The notes below the pieces were generated by a model. It worked only from the letters and a program-made list of their open reading frames with translations. It did no database searches and had not been told where the DNA came from. This document shows positions 27,857-48,879 of a stretch of 64,000 bases of DNA, in pieces. Every line of letters starts with the position of its first letter. The first letter of the stretch is position 1. This DNA comes from Eledone cirrhosa (lineage: Eukaryota), in assembly GCA_964016885.1 (NCBI GenBank), contig OZ024742.1, forward strand, positions 31,682,001 through 31,746,000. The letters run 5' to 3'. The position numbers were made by a program, and so were the translations under genes.

Positions 27857-29221
27857 GGGCTGGATGGGTTGTCATAGTCTGAGATGAGATGGACTGAAGT
27901 GACCAACAGGGCTGGATGGGTTGTTATGGTCTGAGATGAGATGGACTGAAGTGACCAACAGGGCTGGATGGGTTGTTATGGTCTGAACCAGATGGACTGA
28001 AGTGACCAACAGGGCTGGATGGGTTGTTATGGTCTGAACCAGATGGACTGAAGTGACCAACAGGGCTGGATGGGTTGTTATGGTCTGAACCAGATGGACT
28101 GAAGTGACCAACAGGGCTGGATGGGTTGTTATGGTCTGAACCAGATGGACTGAAGTGACCAACAGGGCTGGATGGGTTGTTATGGTCTGAACCAGATGGA
28201 CTGAAGTGACCAACAGGGCTAGATGGGTTGTTATGGTCTGAACCAGATGGACTGAAGTGACCAACAGGGCTGGATGGGTTGTTATGGTCTGAATCAGATG
28301 GACTGAAGTGACCAACAGGGCTGGATGGGTTGTTATGGTCTGAACCAGATGGACTGAAGTGACCAACAGGGCTGGATGGGTTGTTATGGTTTGAACCAGA
28401 TGGACTGAAGTGACCAACAGGGCTGGATGGGTTGTTATGGTTTGAACCAGATGGACTGAAGTGACCAACAGGGCTGGATGGGTTGTTATGGTCTGAATCA
28501 GATGGACTGAAGTGACCAACAGGGCTGGATGGGTTGTTATGGTCTGAATCAAATGGACTGAAGTGACCAACAGGGCTAGATGGGTTGTTATGGTCTGAAC
28601 CAGATGGACTGAAGTGACCAACAGGGCTGGATGGGTTGTTATGGTCTGAATCAGATGGACTGAAGTGACCAACAGGGCTGGATGGGTTGTTATGGTCTGA
28701 ACCAGATGGACTGAAGTGACCAACAGGGCTAGATGGGTTGTTATGGTCTGAACCAGATGGACTGAAGTGACCAACAGGGCTGGATGGGTTGTTATGGTCT
28801 GAATCAGATGGACTGAAGTGACTAACAGGGCTGGATGGGTTGTTATGGTCTGAACCAGATGGACTGAAGTGACCAACAGGGCTAGATGGGTTGTTATGGT
28901 CTGAACCAGATGGACTGAAGTGACCAACAGGGCTAGATGGGTTGTTATGGTCTGAACCAGATGGACTGAAGTGACCAACAGGGCTGGATGGGTTGTTATG
29001 GTTTGAACCAGATGGACTGAAGTGACCAACAGGGCTGGATGGGTTGATATGGTCTGAACCAGATGGACTGAAGTGACCAACAGGGCTAGATGGGTTGTTA
29101 TGGTTTGAACCAGATGGACTGAAGTGACCAACAGGGCTAGATGGGTTGTTATGGTTTGAACCAGATGGACTGAAGTGACCAACAGGGCTAGATGGGTTGT
29201 TATGGTCTGAACCAGATGGAC
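27857..29221. repeat. 51-bp minisatellite, about 27 copies
   Basis: Unit gggctggatgggttgttatggtctgaaccagatggactgaagtgaccaaca. Confidence 0.97.
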
Positions 29222-29580
29222 CACAGTTTTTTACCACAAGCTTTTGATTCCATAGTCAGGCCAGATCAATACAGATTGAACCTTGAGCTGATCAATCGAG
29301 AAACACGTGTCACACCTCAATAAACATAATGATGATCTAACACTTTGTCCTTTTTATTATTATTACACTCTGTTTAGTACAACACCAATATACCTAAGGG
29401 AAACTACACATCAAGTGCTCACTCTGGTGAACCTACAGTAACTGAATATTACAATCCCTAATTATATATATTTATAACCAAGCTATTTTGCTGACAGAAT
29501 AAGTAATATAACCGACATTCCCTTCCCCTCAAATTGCTGGCCTTGACATTAATTTAGAAATCATTATTATTATTATCAAA

Positions 29581-29898
29581 CATCATCATCATCATCATCA
29601 TCATTTTACGTCCGCTTTTCCCTGCTTGCAAGGGCGCGACGGGTCCTATTCAGCACAACATCACTCCATTCGTCACGGTCCTTTGTCATCTCCTCTGTGA
29701 GATTCAGAAATCTGAGATCAGCTCTCACCACCTCTGCCCATGTTTTTCGTGGTCTTCCTCTACTGCGTCTTCCTTCTACTGGGATTTCTTGGCACTTCTT
29801 TACTCAGCGGTCATCCTCCATGTGCATCACATGTCCATACCAATGCAGTCTTCTCTCCTGCACACTACAGTTTATTCCTCTTATACACAGTTTCTCTC
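29581..29898 (-). mobile_element. RTE LINE 3' fragment (same subfamily as 17305), cut by the assembly gap
   Basis: Long identical stretch with 17458-17525 and a (GAT)n tail. Confidence 0.85.
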
Positions 29899-30098
29899 NN
29901 NNNNNNNNNNNNNNNNNNNNNNNNNNNNNNNNNNNNNNNNNNNNNNNNNNNNNNNNNNNNNNNNNNNNNNNNNNNNNNNNNNNNNNNNNNNNNNNNNNNN
30001 NNNNNNNNNNNNNNNNNNNNNNNNNNNNNNNNNNNNNNNNNNNNNNNNNNNNNNNNNNNNNNNNNNNNNNNNNNNNNNNNNNNNNNNNNNNNNNNNNN
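29899..30098. other. Assembly gap (200 N)
   Basis: Run of n. Confidence 1.
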
Positions 30099-30099
30099 A

Positions 30100-30660
30100 C
30101 TTAGTATATGTGGAGTTAGTGTGTGTGTTTGTGTACTGATGTGTGTATATGTGGAGTTAGTGTGTTTGTGTACTGTGTGTGTGTGGAGCTAGTGTGTGTG
30201 TGTTTGTGTGGAGTTAGTGTGTGTGTGTTTGTGTGTGTGTATGTGTGGAGCTAGTGTGTGTGTATGTGTGGAGCTAGTGTGTGTGTATGTGTGGAGTTAG
30301 TGTGTGTGTATGTGTGGAGTTAGTGTGTGTGTGTGTGTTTGTGTACTGATGTGTGTATGTGGAGTTAGTGTGTGTGTGTTTGTGTACTGATGTGTGTATG
30401 TGTGGAGTTAGTGTGTGATTGTGTACTGATGTGTGTATATGTGAGCTAGTGTGTGTGTGTGTGTATGTGTGGAGTAGTGTGTGTGTGTATGTGTGGAGTT
30501 AGTGTGTGTGTTTGTGTACTGATGTGTGTGTGGTGTGGAGTTAGTGTGTGTTGTGTGTTTGTGTGTAGTGTGTATGTGTGGAGTTGTGTGTGTTTGTGTA
30601 CTGATGTGTGTGTGTGTGTGGAGTTAGTGTGTGTGTGTGTTTGTGTACCGATGTGTGTAT
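30100..30660. repeat. (GT)-based minisatellite with ggagttagt and gtactgat motifs
   Basis: Visible. Confidence 0.85.
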
Positions 30661-31118
30661 GTCTGATAGATGCAGCCTGTTAAGATGTCACCACCTGGGA
30701 ACGATGCACAGGTAACTGTATAGCAGGGTGGTGAGGTGGTAAGGTACTGATGAAAAGGTGGGTGGTGAGGTACATGATGAAAGGGTAGATGGCAGTAATA
30801 GGGTATGAGATAAAGGGTGGTAGGGTATGAGATAAAGGGGTGACGGTGGTAGGGTATGAGATGAAAAGGTGGGTGATGGTGTGGGTTGCATATGAAATGA
30901 AAGGGTGGGTAGTGGTGGTAGTAAGGTATCTGTTGGAAGTGTGTAGAAGTGCAGTTAGGTAACCATCACCACACATAACTAAAGTGTCTTCTATGGTTGG
31001 ATGCCCTTCCTATCATCACCCACTTTACAGAGTCTCCTGGGTGGTCGTTTATCAGGTAATTCAGCAATACCAGAGAGGTGTGTGTATGTGTGTATGTATA
31101 TATATGTATGTGTGTATG

Positions 31119-31153
<35 letters not shown>

Positions 31154-31166
31154 ATTTATATATATA

Positions 31167-31219
<53 letters not shown>

Positions 31220-31228
31220 ATATATATA

Positions 31229-34200
31229 ACTTTGAATAACTTTGAAATGTTTTGGCCAGTATTGGCCCAGGCCATGTCTAACTTAATAGCACCACCTGGC
31301 GAAGTCTTTCAATTCAGGATTTGGGCACCATGGCCCATTCGAGAAGAGAATTACTGTTTGCGGAGACATATCCGGGTGTGGGTGGTTTGTCCGGGATTAC
31401 TTGGAGGAATTTGTCCAAAGACTTCTTGAATTTGTGTGGTCAGTTTCTGTTTTGACGTGTCCTGGTGTGATGTTGAAGAGAGCAGGGCCGATTGAGGTGA
31501 AATAATTGTGCCGTATTGTTGTTATGAGTTGCGATTTAGATTTTTATTGGGACGGATAGCACGGGGCCCAAGCCTTGGGTGTATCTTGAAGGCGATGCCA
31601 ACATCATTTGGGCAGTGATGATGGAATATTTTCCACATCATGCAGATAATATAACGCTCACGGCGACGTTGGAGTGAGTAAAGTTTCAGGTTTTCTAGTC
31701 GACCCCAGTAGTCAAGGTCTGACATGCCATCTATCTTTTTCGTGATTGCCCTTTGAGGAGCTTCAAGTTTCATGATACTTTGTTTCGTGTGGGGAGACCA
31801 CAGTGGACAACAGTATTCAAGGTGTGGTCGGGCAAAAGTAGAGAAGAGAAGGATAATGGTGTGGGAATCTCTCGACTGGAAGGTTCTGAGGATCCAGGAA
31901 CACATTCTGCGGGCCATGTCAACTTTGCTGCTTATATGCGTGGTCCAGCTTATGTTGCTGTCCACGGTTACTCCCAAGTCTCTGATGTTGTTAGATGCCA
32001 CGAGAGTTTCCCCGGAGGGAAGGGAGTACGGGAGTTTCAGAGCATCCTCTTTTCCAAAGTGGATCAGTTCGAATTTGTCTTCGTTCAGTAACATGTTGTT
32101 CTTTTCCGCCCATTGGGTAACAGCCAGTAGGTCTGACTGAAGGCTTATCCGGTCATCCACGCCATTGATGACCTTTTGGAGCTTGGAATCATCAACGAAA
32201 ATGTTAATGTTGCTGTGTTTGGTGATGTCATTAATATAGATGATGAAGAGAAGTGGGCCCAACACAGTGCCTTGTGGGACCCCACTACTGACTTTGCTGG
32301 GCTGGATTTGACTCCTTCAACTACAACATGTTGGGTTCTGTTTGACAGGAAGCTCTTGATCCACTGCAGCAGCTTTCCAGTGACACCAATATTGGACAGC
32401 TTTCTCGGTAGAATGTTATGATCAACCCTGTCAAAGGCCTTGCTGAAATCAAGGTAGCTAACATCAGTGTTGGAACCCTCTCCCAAGGCTCTCAAAATGT
32501 CATCAAAGTGATGCAGTAGCTGCGTCAGGCAATCCCTTCCATTACGGAATCCATGCTGGTTGGAGTTCAGCATATTGTTACTCTCAAGGAAGTGGGTCAT
32601 TCGCGATCTCACCACTCTCTCAAATACCTTAATGATATGAGAGGTGAGTGAGATTGGACGGTAATTCACGGCAAGGGATTTGTTTCCCTTTTTGAAAACT
32701 GGGACAACAGACTGGGATAGAAGGTTTTCTGGCACATATCCAGCATCCAGTGAGTTCCGCCACAGATTGGCAAGAGGAGATGCAAGTTGGTGTTGACACG
32801 CCTTCAAGACACAAGCAGGGAACCTATCGGGACCTACTGCTGAATTATGCTTGATTTCCTTTATTGCCGCTAAGACATCAGGGGCGCCAAACGTTATGTC
32901 CGATAAGGTGTAATGGGGAGTAACATCGCCGATACAGCCCAGATCGGCCATATCAGGATTGCTGAAAACAGAGCAGTATTGTTTCTGCAGTATCTCACCC
33001 ATGGTTTTAGCATTGTCTTAAAGAGTGCCATTTTCATCAATTAGAGGGCCAACAGTAGAGCCAGTGTTTTTTTGCAAATGAAAAGAACACTTTGGGATTG
33101 AGTTTGATCTTCTCAATGACCCAGGCCTCTTCAGCTCTTCTCTGATTGTTGATGAGGGACATTATGTTGTTTTGGAGGTTATGTTTTTTAATCTCTAGTG
33201 ATGAAATGGCAGTTAAGTTGATGTGTTGCTGCTGACAGTATTTCAGCTTGTTGATTTTTTTTGTTCGTTCTCTTAATTTTTCTGATGAGCGTTTTTCTAT
33301 TTCTAGGGATTCTGCTCTTAGATTTGTTTATAGTTCTTAATGGGGTGTGTTTTGCACATATGTTTGTAACAGTGTCCACAAATGTCTGCCAGGACTTTTT
33401 GATGTTAGTGGGTGTATGAGTGTGTGTGAAGGACCAGTCGACATGTGCAAGATCATGACTGATCGCTTCCCAGTTTGCATTGTGGAAATCCATAGCGTCA
33501 AACGGATGGATAGGAGAGATGACATTGGGTTTGTATATTGGACGGTGGAATCTCAGATCACAGAGAACCATGTCATGATCAGAGAGTAGAGTTTTCTCCA
33601 CTGCAATATTATGGATATTGTCAGTGTGATTGCTGAAAATTAAGTCTAGGACGTTTTTGTGGCACCTCGTTGGTTCGAGCACCAGTTGGGATAGGAAGAA
33701 ATCATCCATGAAGTCAAGAAGCAATTCCACTGCTTCCCTGTCAGAGGTTGAGGCAGAAGAACCTGGTGGCAGGCTGTTTGTGGACCAGTCAACTCCGGGG
33801 AGGTTGAAGTCCCCCATCATTACGATGTTGTCATGGTGACACTCTTGGATGAAACACTTTATGCTGTTGAGGCATTCCTTGAAGCATGGTACAGGCGTTT
33901 GGGGTGGCCTATAGAGCCCAACTACTATTAGGTTGTTGGTTTGACTGAATACAGTGACTGCTTCACAGTATCCATTAGTGAATATGTTCATAGCCTCTGT
34001 TGAGAAAGAATTATGGACATAAATGGCAGTCCCGCCCTTTCTTCTGCCAGCGCAATCAGCACGGATGGCTTTGAAATTTTTCACTTTCACCTCGGCTTCC
34101 AAGTGGAGGTTACTGAGATGGGTTTCAGTGAAGACGAAGAAAGGGATGTGGTTTGGATGGACATCAATCCAGTTCTCCAGGAATTTGATCTAACATTTTT

Positions 34201-34337
34201 GAGTATTGGTGGAAGGGCTGATGCCTTGGGCGTTAAGCAAAAATTTAGAGGCGAGAGTGGATGGTTTTAATTGTTTTGGTGTGTTGTTAATTTGTTTGTT
34301 TGTTAATGGCAGCAATGGGAGTTTGTGCAGTGGGGTG

Positions 34338-34338
<1 letters not shown>
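31229..34338 (-). mobile_element. CR1/L2-group LINE, near-complete ORF2 (APE plus RT) broken by frameshifts and stops
   Basis: APE: GGTAIYV, YRPP, MGDFNLP, LDLIF, SDHD. RT: NYRPISLTS, QHGFR, YLDFSKAFDRVDH, LGPLLFIIYIND, FVDD. C-terminus RPHLEYCCPLWSP. Confidence 0.93.
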
Positions 34339-40320
<5,982 letters not shown>

Positions 40321-40325
40321 GTGTG

Positions 40326-41225
40326 TCATCATCATCAGGTTTAGCGTCCGTGTTCCATGCTTGCATGGGTTTGGACGGGGGTTTTCCCACTTGAGGCAAG
40401 AGTGGTTGTCTTGCTCGCATAGGACTGTCTGGCGGGATTTCTACAGTTGGATGCCCTTCCTAACACCAACCACATTTACAGTGTGGGGCTGGGAGGTTTT
40501 TACCGTGTTGCCTACACGGCCACATTACAGCGTGGACTGTCTGGCGGGTTTTCTACAGCTGGATGCCCTTCCTAACACCAACCACATTTACAGTGTGGGG
40601 CTGGGAGGTTTTTACCGTGTTGCCTACACGGCCACATTTACAGCGTGGACTGTGTGTTTTTTTGTCGTGACACCTACACGATCTCATTTGTTTCGGCCTG
40701 GATGTTGTGGGACCAACATAACTTTACATTGAAAGGGGCGGTGTGGATGGGGTGGAGGTGGTGGGACGGGGGGGTGTTTTGATAGAGATGTCTACTGACT
40801 GTAGTAGGTTTTTACTTTGTATTTAGGTAAGGCGGGTCTTCTCTATTACTGAGTATCGCCAAAGGTCTCGGTCCAGTGACATTGTCTTGGAGAGGTGTAA
40901 GCGTGTGAGGTCGGAATTTATCAGCTCGTCCCATGTTTTTCTGGGTCTGCCTACTCCGTGGCTACCGTCTATCTTTATTGCCCTGCACTTTGTTATACAG
41001 CTGTCGTCTTTCATGCGCATCACGTGACCGTACCAACGTAGCCTTCTCTCGAGTAAACATCTGATCCCTCTTATTTCTAATTTTTTCCTTAGTTCGTTTA
41101 TGCTTTGCCGTTCACGTATATTACTATTGCACATCCAGCGGAGCATGCAAGCTTCGTTCCTCTCTAGTCTGCGTATATCCTCTGCACACAATGCCCAGGT
41201 CTCACTGCCATGCAACATTGCTGTT
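40326..41225 (-). mobile_element. RTE LINE 3' fragment with a 112-bp tandem duplication in the 3' tail
   Basis: Closely similar to 43094-43880. The tail segment restarts at 40422 and 40534. Confidence 0.92.
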
Positions 41226-42672
<1,447 letters not shown>

Positions 42673-42674
42673 TG

Positions 42675-43009
42675 ATCATCATTTCACTTTACGTCCGCTT
42701 TTCCCTGCTTGCAAGGGTGCGACGGGAACTGATTCTTGCTTGATTTCTACAGCTGGATGCCCTTCCTAACACCAACCTCATTTACAGTGAGTGCTGGGTG
42801 CTTTTTTCCCGTGGCACCTCCACGACCACTTTGCAGTGGAATGTTCGGGACCCCAGTCCCGATCATCTCATTCCTACAGCTGAGTAAACTGGAGCAATGT
42901 GAAATAAAGTGTCTTGCTCAAGGAAACAACACATCACCCAGTCTTAGAATTGACCTCACAACCTTTTGATTGCAAGGTCAATGCTCTAACCGCTAAGCCA
43001 TATGCCTCC
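42675..43009 (-). mobile_element. SINE family B: tRNA head, CORE-like segment and RTE-shared 3' tail
   Basis: Reverse complement reads ggcttagcggttagagc..ccttgagcaagacactt..actcagctgtagg..gttaggaagggcatccagctg..ggacgtaaa. Confidence 0.8.
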
Positions 43010-43020
43010 ATATATATATA

Positions 43021-43064
<44 letters not shown>

Positions 43065-43093
43065 TATATATGTTTGTGCATGTGTGTGTGTAT

Positions 43094-43124
<31 letters not shown>

Positions 43125-46100
43125 ACGTTTAACGTCCGTGTTCCACGCTTGCATGGGTTTGGACGGGGGTAGTCCCACTTGAGGCAAGAGTGATTGTCTT
43201 GCTCGCATAGGACTGTCTGGCAGGTTTTCTACAGTTGGATGCCCTTCCTAACACCAACCACATTTACAGTGTGGGTCTGGGAGGTTTTTACCGTGTTGCC
43301 TACACGGCCACATTACAGCGTGGACTGTGTTTTTTTTTGTCGTGACACCTACACGATCTCCTTTGTTTCGGCCTGGATGGCGCGGCACCAACATAACTTT
43401 ACATAGAACGGGGTGGTGTGGATGGGGTGGGGGTGGTGGTGGTGGGACGTGGTGTATTTTGTTAGAGATGCCTACTGGCAAGGCGGGTCTTCTCTGTTAC
43501 TGAGTACCGCCAAAGGTCTCGGTCCAGTGACATTGTCTTGGAGAGGTGTAAGTGTGTGAGGTCGGAGTTTATCAGCTCGTCCCAGGTTTTTCTAGGTCTG
43601 CCTATTCCGTGGCTACCGTCTATCTTTATTGCCCTGCACTTTGTTATACAGCTATCGACTTTCATGCGCATCACGTGTCCATACCAACGTAGCCTTCTCT
43701 CGAGTAAACAACATCTGATCCCTCTTATTTCTAATTTTTTCCTTAGTTCGTTTATGCTTTGCCGTTCACGTATATTACTGTTACACATCCAGCGGAGCAT
43801 GCAAGCTTCGTTCCTCTCTAGTCTGCGTATATCCTCTGCACACAATGCCCAGGTCTCACTGCCATGCAACATTGCTGTTCGTATGCAGGCATCGTACAAC
43901 CTGCCTTTCATTTTTAGGGAGAACCCTTTAGCAGCTAATAGTGGTATAAGCTCACTGAACTTTTTCCAACCAGTTCTGACTCTAGCTACTGTACTTTCAG
44001 AACACCCTCCCCCACTGCTGATTTTATCACCCAGGTAACGGAAGCTGTCCACTATTTCTATAGAACCCTCTGCGCAATTGAAAGAGCTAGTATTCTGTGG
44101 GCACTTGCTGCTACTTATTGCACCAGAGCACTGGCCACATGTAAAATCTATGTTCTTAGTTAGCTTACCTGTGATCCTACTACATCTTTTATGCACCCAT
44201 ACTTTGCATTTAGGACATAAAATGGAGTTTCTACCTACGCCTTTCCTACACACCGAGCACGACCATTTCCCAGAAGGGACCGCCGCCTTATTTTCTTTCC
44301 TACAAACTAGAACTTTAGTCTTAGCCAGGTTAATTTTAAGTCCTTTTGATTTTAGGCCGTGCTTCCATGTTTGGAATTTCTTCTCTAGCTCGGCCATTGA
44401 TTCCGCTATGAGTGTCAGGTCGTCTGCGTATAGGAGTTCCCATGGGCAGCCGGTCTTGAACTCCTCTGTTATAGCTTGAAGGGCAATAATAAATAGTAGG
44501 GGGCTGAGAACAGAGCTCTGATGGACGCCAACTCTTACGCTCAACTCTTCACTATATTCGTTGTTAATTCTAACCTTGCTGACTGTTTCTTTATACATGG
44601 CTTGTATAGCTCTCACAAGCCATTCGTCAACGCCTAGTTTTCTAAGAGCCCACCAGATAATGGAGCGGGGGACTCTGTCGAAGGCTTTCTCCAAGTCGAC
44701 AAAAGCTAAGTAGAGGGGTTTACCTTTAGCTAGGTACTTCTCCTGTAGTTGTCGTACAATGAAAAGAGCGTCTGTGGTACTTTTGCCTGACACAAACCCG
44801 AACTGCATTTCATCTAGGTCAATTCTCTCTCTGATTAGTTGTGCTATTACTTTTTCCGTGACCTTCATGACCTGGTCGATTAATTTAATGCCTCTATAGT
44901 TACTCCTATCTAGGGCGTCTCCTTTACCCTTATAACAGTTAACGATGATGCTGCTATGCCAGTCCTTCGGAACAACCCCATTCTGTACGACTTGGTTAAC
45001 TATGCGGGTGACCATGGTGTGTCCCACCGTGCCAGATGCCTTCAGCATCTCAGCAACTATTTCCGAAGGACCAGCCACCTTACCCGTCTTCATATCCTTG
45101 ATTGCCTTACTTATTATACTCCCCTCGACTAACACTGCTGGTCCCTCTATTGGGTCGATATGGGGGAGACTGTCTTTCTCCCATTTATTCTCCTCATTTA
45201 GTAGCCTTTCATAGTGACACTTCCAAGCTACCTTCTTATCAACGTCGGTGATGGCAAGTATGCCATCATCGTTAAGTACACACTTCTCCCCGACAATATC
45301 ACGGTTTTCCTTGACGCATTGCCTAGCAATCCTGAACACCTCACGTTTTTGGTCCTCGTGTTGTAGAACATGCTTGAACTTTCTTTCCTCAGCTTCCCTT
45401 CTTGCTAAGTACACTTGTCTCCTAGCTTCCCTCCTGGCCACTTGATAGTCTTCTCTACTTCCCCCATCCCGCCATACTTTCCAAGCCTGCTTTTTGGCCT
45501 TAATTGACCCCTCCACCTTACTGTGCCACCACCATGTTACTCTCCTCCTGCCTACAGGCCTGCTGCAGCCACAGACTTCGTCTGTCGCCATCAGCAGGTT
45601 TGCTTTCAGAAATTCCCACTGTCCCTCTATATTGTCCAACTCTAAATGTTCTTCCTTACTGTCGAAAGCATCAAGTAATATGCTTTGAAATTTATTTTTG
45701 GCTGTGGGGTCCTTTAGCTTCCATATTTTTCTCCTGAGGATAGTCCTCTTCTGCTGTCGAGTACGTCTCGTCCTGACTGTGAGGTCGCTAATTATCAGTC
45801 TATGTTGGGAGGTGCATTCTTCATGGGGGAGGGATTTAGTGTTTACAACAGACACTCTGTCACGTCTTCTGGTAAGGATATAATCTACCTGGCTTGTGTG
45901 TTCCCCGGATCTATAGGTGATCAAGTGATTGTCACGTTTTTTGAAGTTAGTGTTACAGATAGTTAGGTTATTTGCATCACAGAATTCCAGGATTCTGGAG
46001 CCTTCCTCATTTCTAGTACCAAACCCATAGCCTCCATGGATTTCGTCGTAGCCGTCACAATGTTGTCCAACGTGACCGCTTAGGTCGCCTGCAATAATTA

Positions 46101-46161
46101 TATAGTCACTGTCTGTTATTTGGGAGGTAGTGAGCATCAGTGTCTCATAGAATCTGTCTTT
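43094..46161 (-). mobile_element. RTE-clade LINE with an uninterrupted 891-aa ORF (partial APE, RT, PHD-like finger), 5'-truncated
   Basis: ORF 43462-46137: AGDLSGHVG, SQVDYIL, SQHRL, FVDLEKAFDRVPR, YADD, CSVC..CPKCKVWVHKRC..CGQC. Confidence 0.96.
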
Positions 46162-46719
46162 ATATATATATATATGACATTATTTGACATACATGTGCAG
46201 TGACCTCAACACCAGTGCACCTGTTCAGTGGCATCTCTGCATCTACATATTGACATTTAAGGAAACCTTCTTACATAGATGTGGCACTACCATTTCCTCT
46301 TTCCTTTTCCTCTACTACTACTTCTTCATTTTTTTCTTTTTCTTCTTCATTTTCTTCTTCTCTTCCTCGGTTCTGCTAAAGTGGTTCAGTCATTTCCGGA
46401 AGCTACTCTCACACCCCACCCACTTCAACTATCCCCCTGCCTGGTATAGTTCCTGAAATGAGGCTTCCGAAGGATTATCTTGGAGAAAATACATTTTGAA
46501 AAATATGAAAAGTTTTAACTCTTTTTATGTAAGGTTTTATTTCGATAAATATAAATATTTGAAAGCAGTTGTCTTTCACAGGACCATGGGTATCAAAAAC
46601 GTACCATTTTGATACTAAAGTACATTTCGTTTTATGTATTTTATGATATAAATTATTTATTTTAAAGTGTTGATATATAAATTCAAACCTATCATAACTT
46701 TATATAAGAAATTTGTTTT

Positions 46720-47068
46720 AAACCTTTACCATTACTCTGTATATACTATTGTAATTTCGCAGTAAATGCTTTATTTCACATAATATCAAATCTATGAGAT
46801 TTTGATATTATTTATTTTGAGAACAATACCATAACCCTTTAGCATTTAAACCGGCTGTATCCGGCCAGAGAATTCTCTGGCCGGATACAGCCGGTTTAAG
46901 GTATTGTTCTCAAAATATCTAATATCAAGATCTCATATCATAGATTTGATATTATGTGAAATAAAGCATTTATGGTGAAAATACAATAGTAAATATAGAA
47001 TAATGTAAATGCTAAAGGGTTAACATCAGTATGAGTGGCCAGTTACAGCTAGTTTGAACAGAAAAAAA
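46720..47068. mobile_element. Nested piggyBac-like MITEs: a copy at 46835-47019 inserted into an inverted older copy
   Basis: The flanks 46720-46834 and 47020-47068 are consecutive reverse-complement pieces of the 20459 family. Confidence 0.75.
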
Positions 47069-47242
47069 TGCCCAGTTTGTTAGTCACCAAATACACCAGG
47101 TATATATAACTGATGTACTAACCACACAGTTGTGACGGAGATAATATCAGCAAAATCCCAGGTAATTATTTAACAACCAGTAAACAACCCCCTATTTTAT
47201 TGATGGTATACACTAATATTTGGTTTCTTCACCAGACTGTAG

Positions 47243-47449
47243 CCTTTTAGCATTTAAACCGGCCGTATCTGGCCTGAATTCTCCCCCCTGTTTCTGTTCA
47301 AACCAGCCGTAACCATCTACTCATACTGATGTTAAGGTATTGTTCTCAAAATAAATAATATAAAATCGCATAGATTCAATATTATGTGAGGTAAAGCTTT
47401 TACTGTGAAAATACAATAGTATATATAGAGTAATGTAAATTCTAAAGGG
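47243..47449. mobile_element. piggyBac-like MITE, same family as 20459
   Basis: ccttttagcatttaaaccggcc...taaattctaaaggg-TTAA. Confidence 0.82.
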
Positions 47450-47810
47450 TTAAATACGAAACACTTGCTTGAGTGGGAGTGGGTTTCTTCTCTGAAGACC
47501 TTCTGCTGTCCAGCTCTCCTGAGAGTTTCATGTCACTTTATATTTTAATTTATATTTATAGATCAGTGTTTTAAGGTCTAAAACACTTGTATGAAGGAGG
47601 GGATGTTTCTTTTCTGAAGACCTACTGTCCAGTTCTCCTGAGACCACCACTAATAGCTAAACTACTTACTCCATAGTATTTACACTAACAACACAAAACA
47701 CTGTCACTGCTGTAGCCAGTCAATATTGTCTACAAATAACAAATATTACATACTGTTGATTTCTGATTGAACCATTTGCTTACCTTGGATGTGTGAGCTA
47801 CAGGTATCTG

Positions 47811-47855
<45 letters not shown>

Positions 47856-47996
47856 GGGTAGTAGAAGGGGGAATGTGTGTGTATGTATATGTATGGGTGT
47901 GTATGTGTGTATGGGTGTATATGTATGTGTGTTTATTTTTGTATCTAAGTCAGCAGATAATGTGCTTATAAGCATGTGTGCACCGATACACACATG

Positions 47997-48034
<38 letters not shown>

Positions 48035-48065
48035 GGCCGTCTGAGTATAAATGCATATATATATA

Positions 48066-48096
<31 letters not shown>

Positions 48097-48879
48097 GTGT
48101 GTGTATGTATGTGTGTGTATGTGTGTGTGTGTATATATATATATATGTGTGTGTGTGTTTATGTATGTATCTATATAAATTTACACACACACACACATAT
48201 ATATAATGTATTCTATCCATCTATTGTCTCTACACAGAAAATAATTATTTACTGCACCAGTATAAACAGAGATAAGACGATTTTAAGGATTGTTACTGCC
48301 ATGACTGCCTGACAGGCAGGCAGTCTACCTGTCTTTCTGTCAGTCAGTTAGACTGACTGACTGACAGATAGACTGACTTACTTACTATCTGTCTGTCTGT
48401 CTGTCTGTCTGTCTGTCAGTTGGTCTATCTGTCTGTCAATAGTGACTATCACAGTAAGGAACTGGTCAGTCAATTCCTTGTGTTTAATCATCTTTCACTT
48501 CTCTGTATCAGTTCTGGAATTAAGATGGTATATACCCCGCCACTCCACCACCACCCCACCTACCACCCCACCTACCACCACCCCACCTACCACCACCCCA
48601 CACCACCCTAAATACTTAACAAAATAGTTAACTATTTCAAGTTACTTAATATCTTTTTCCACCAACACCCTATTTTAACTCAGCACAACCTTACCCACCC
48701 TTACTCCTCTGACCCCCCACCCCTAGAATCCTCATCCCCCACCCCACCCACAGGTCCTAACAAACACTGACTGTTGCAACAGGTGAATCTAATGAAACAC
48801 AAGTATTTGTTGATGTTTGACACCTGAGAAACTAAATATTTACTATTGTTAGATTCCTGTGTAGGACACTGGGGGGGGG

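Noticed and set aside
27872-29237. 450-aa and 437-aa ORFs with 17-aa repeats
   Set aside because: The 51-bp unit is a multiple of 3, two frames are equally open, the array derives from a retroposon tail, and there is no splice or domain evidence.
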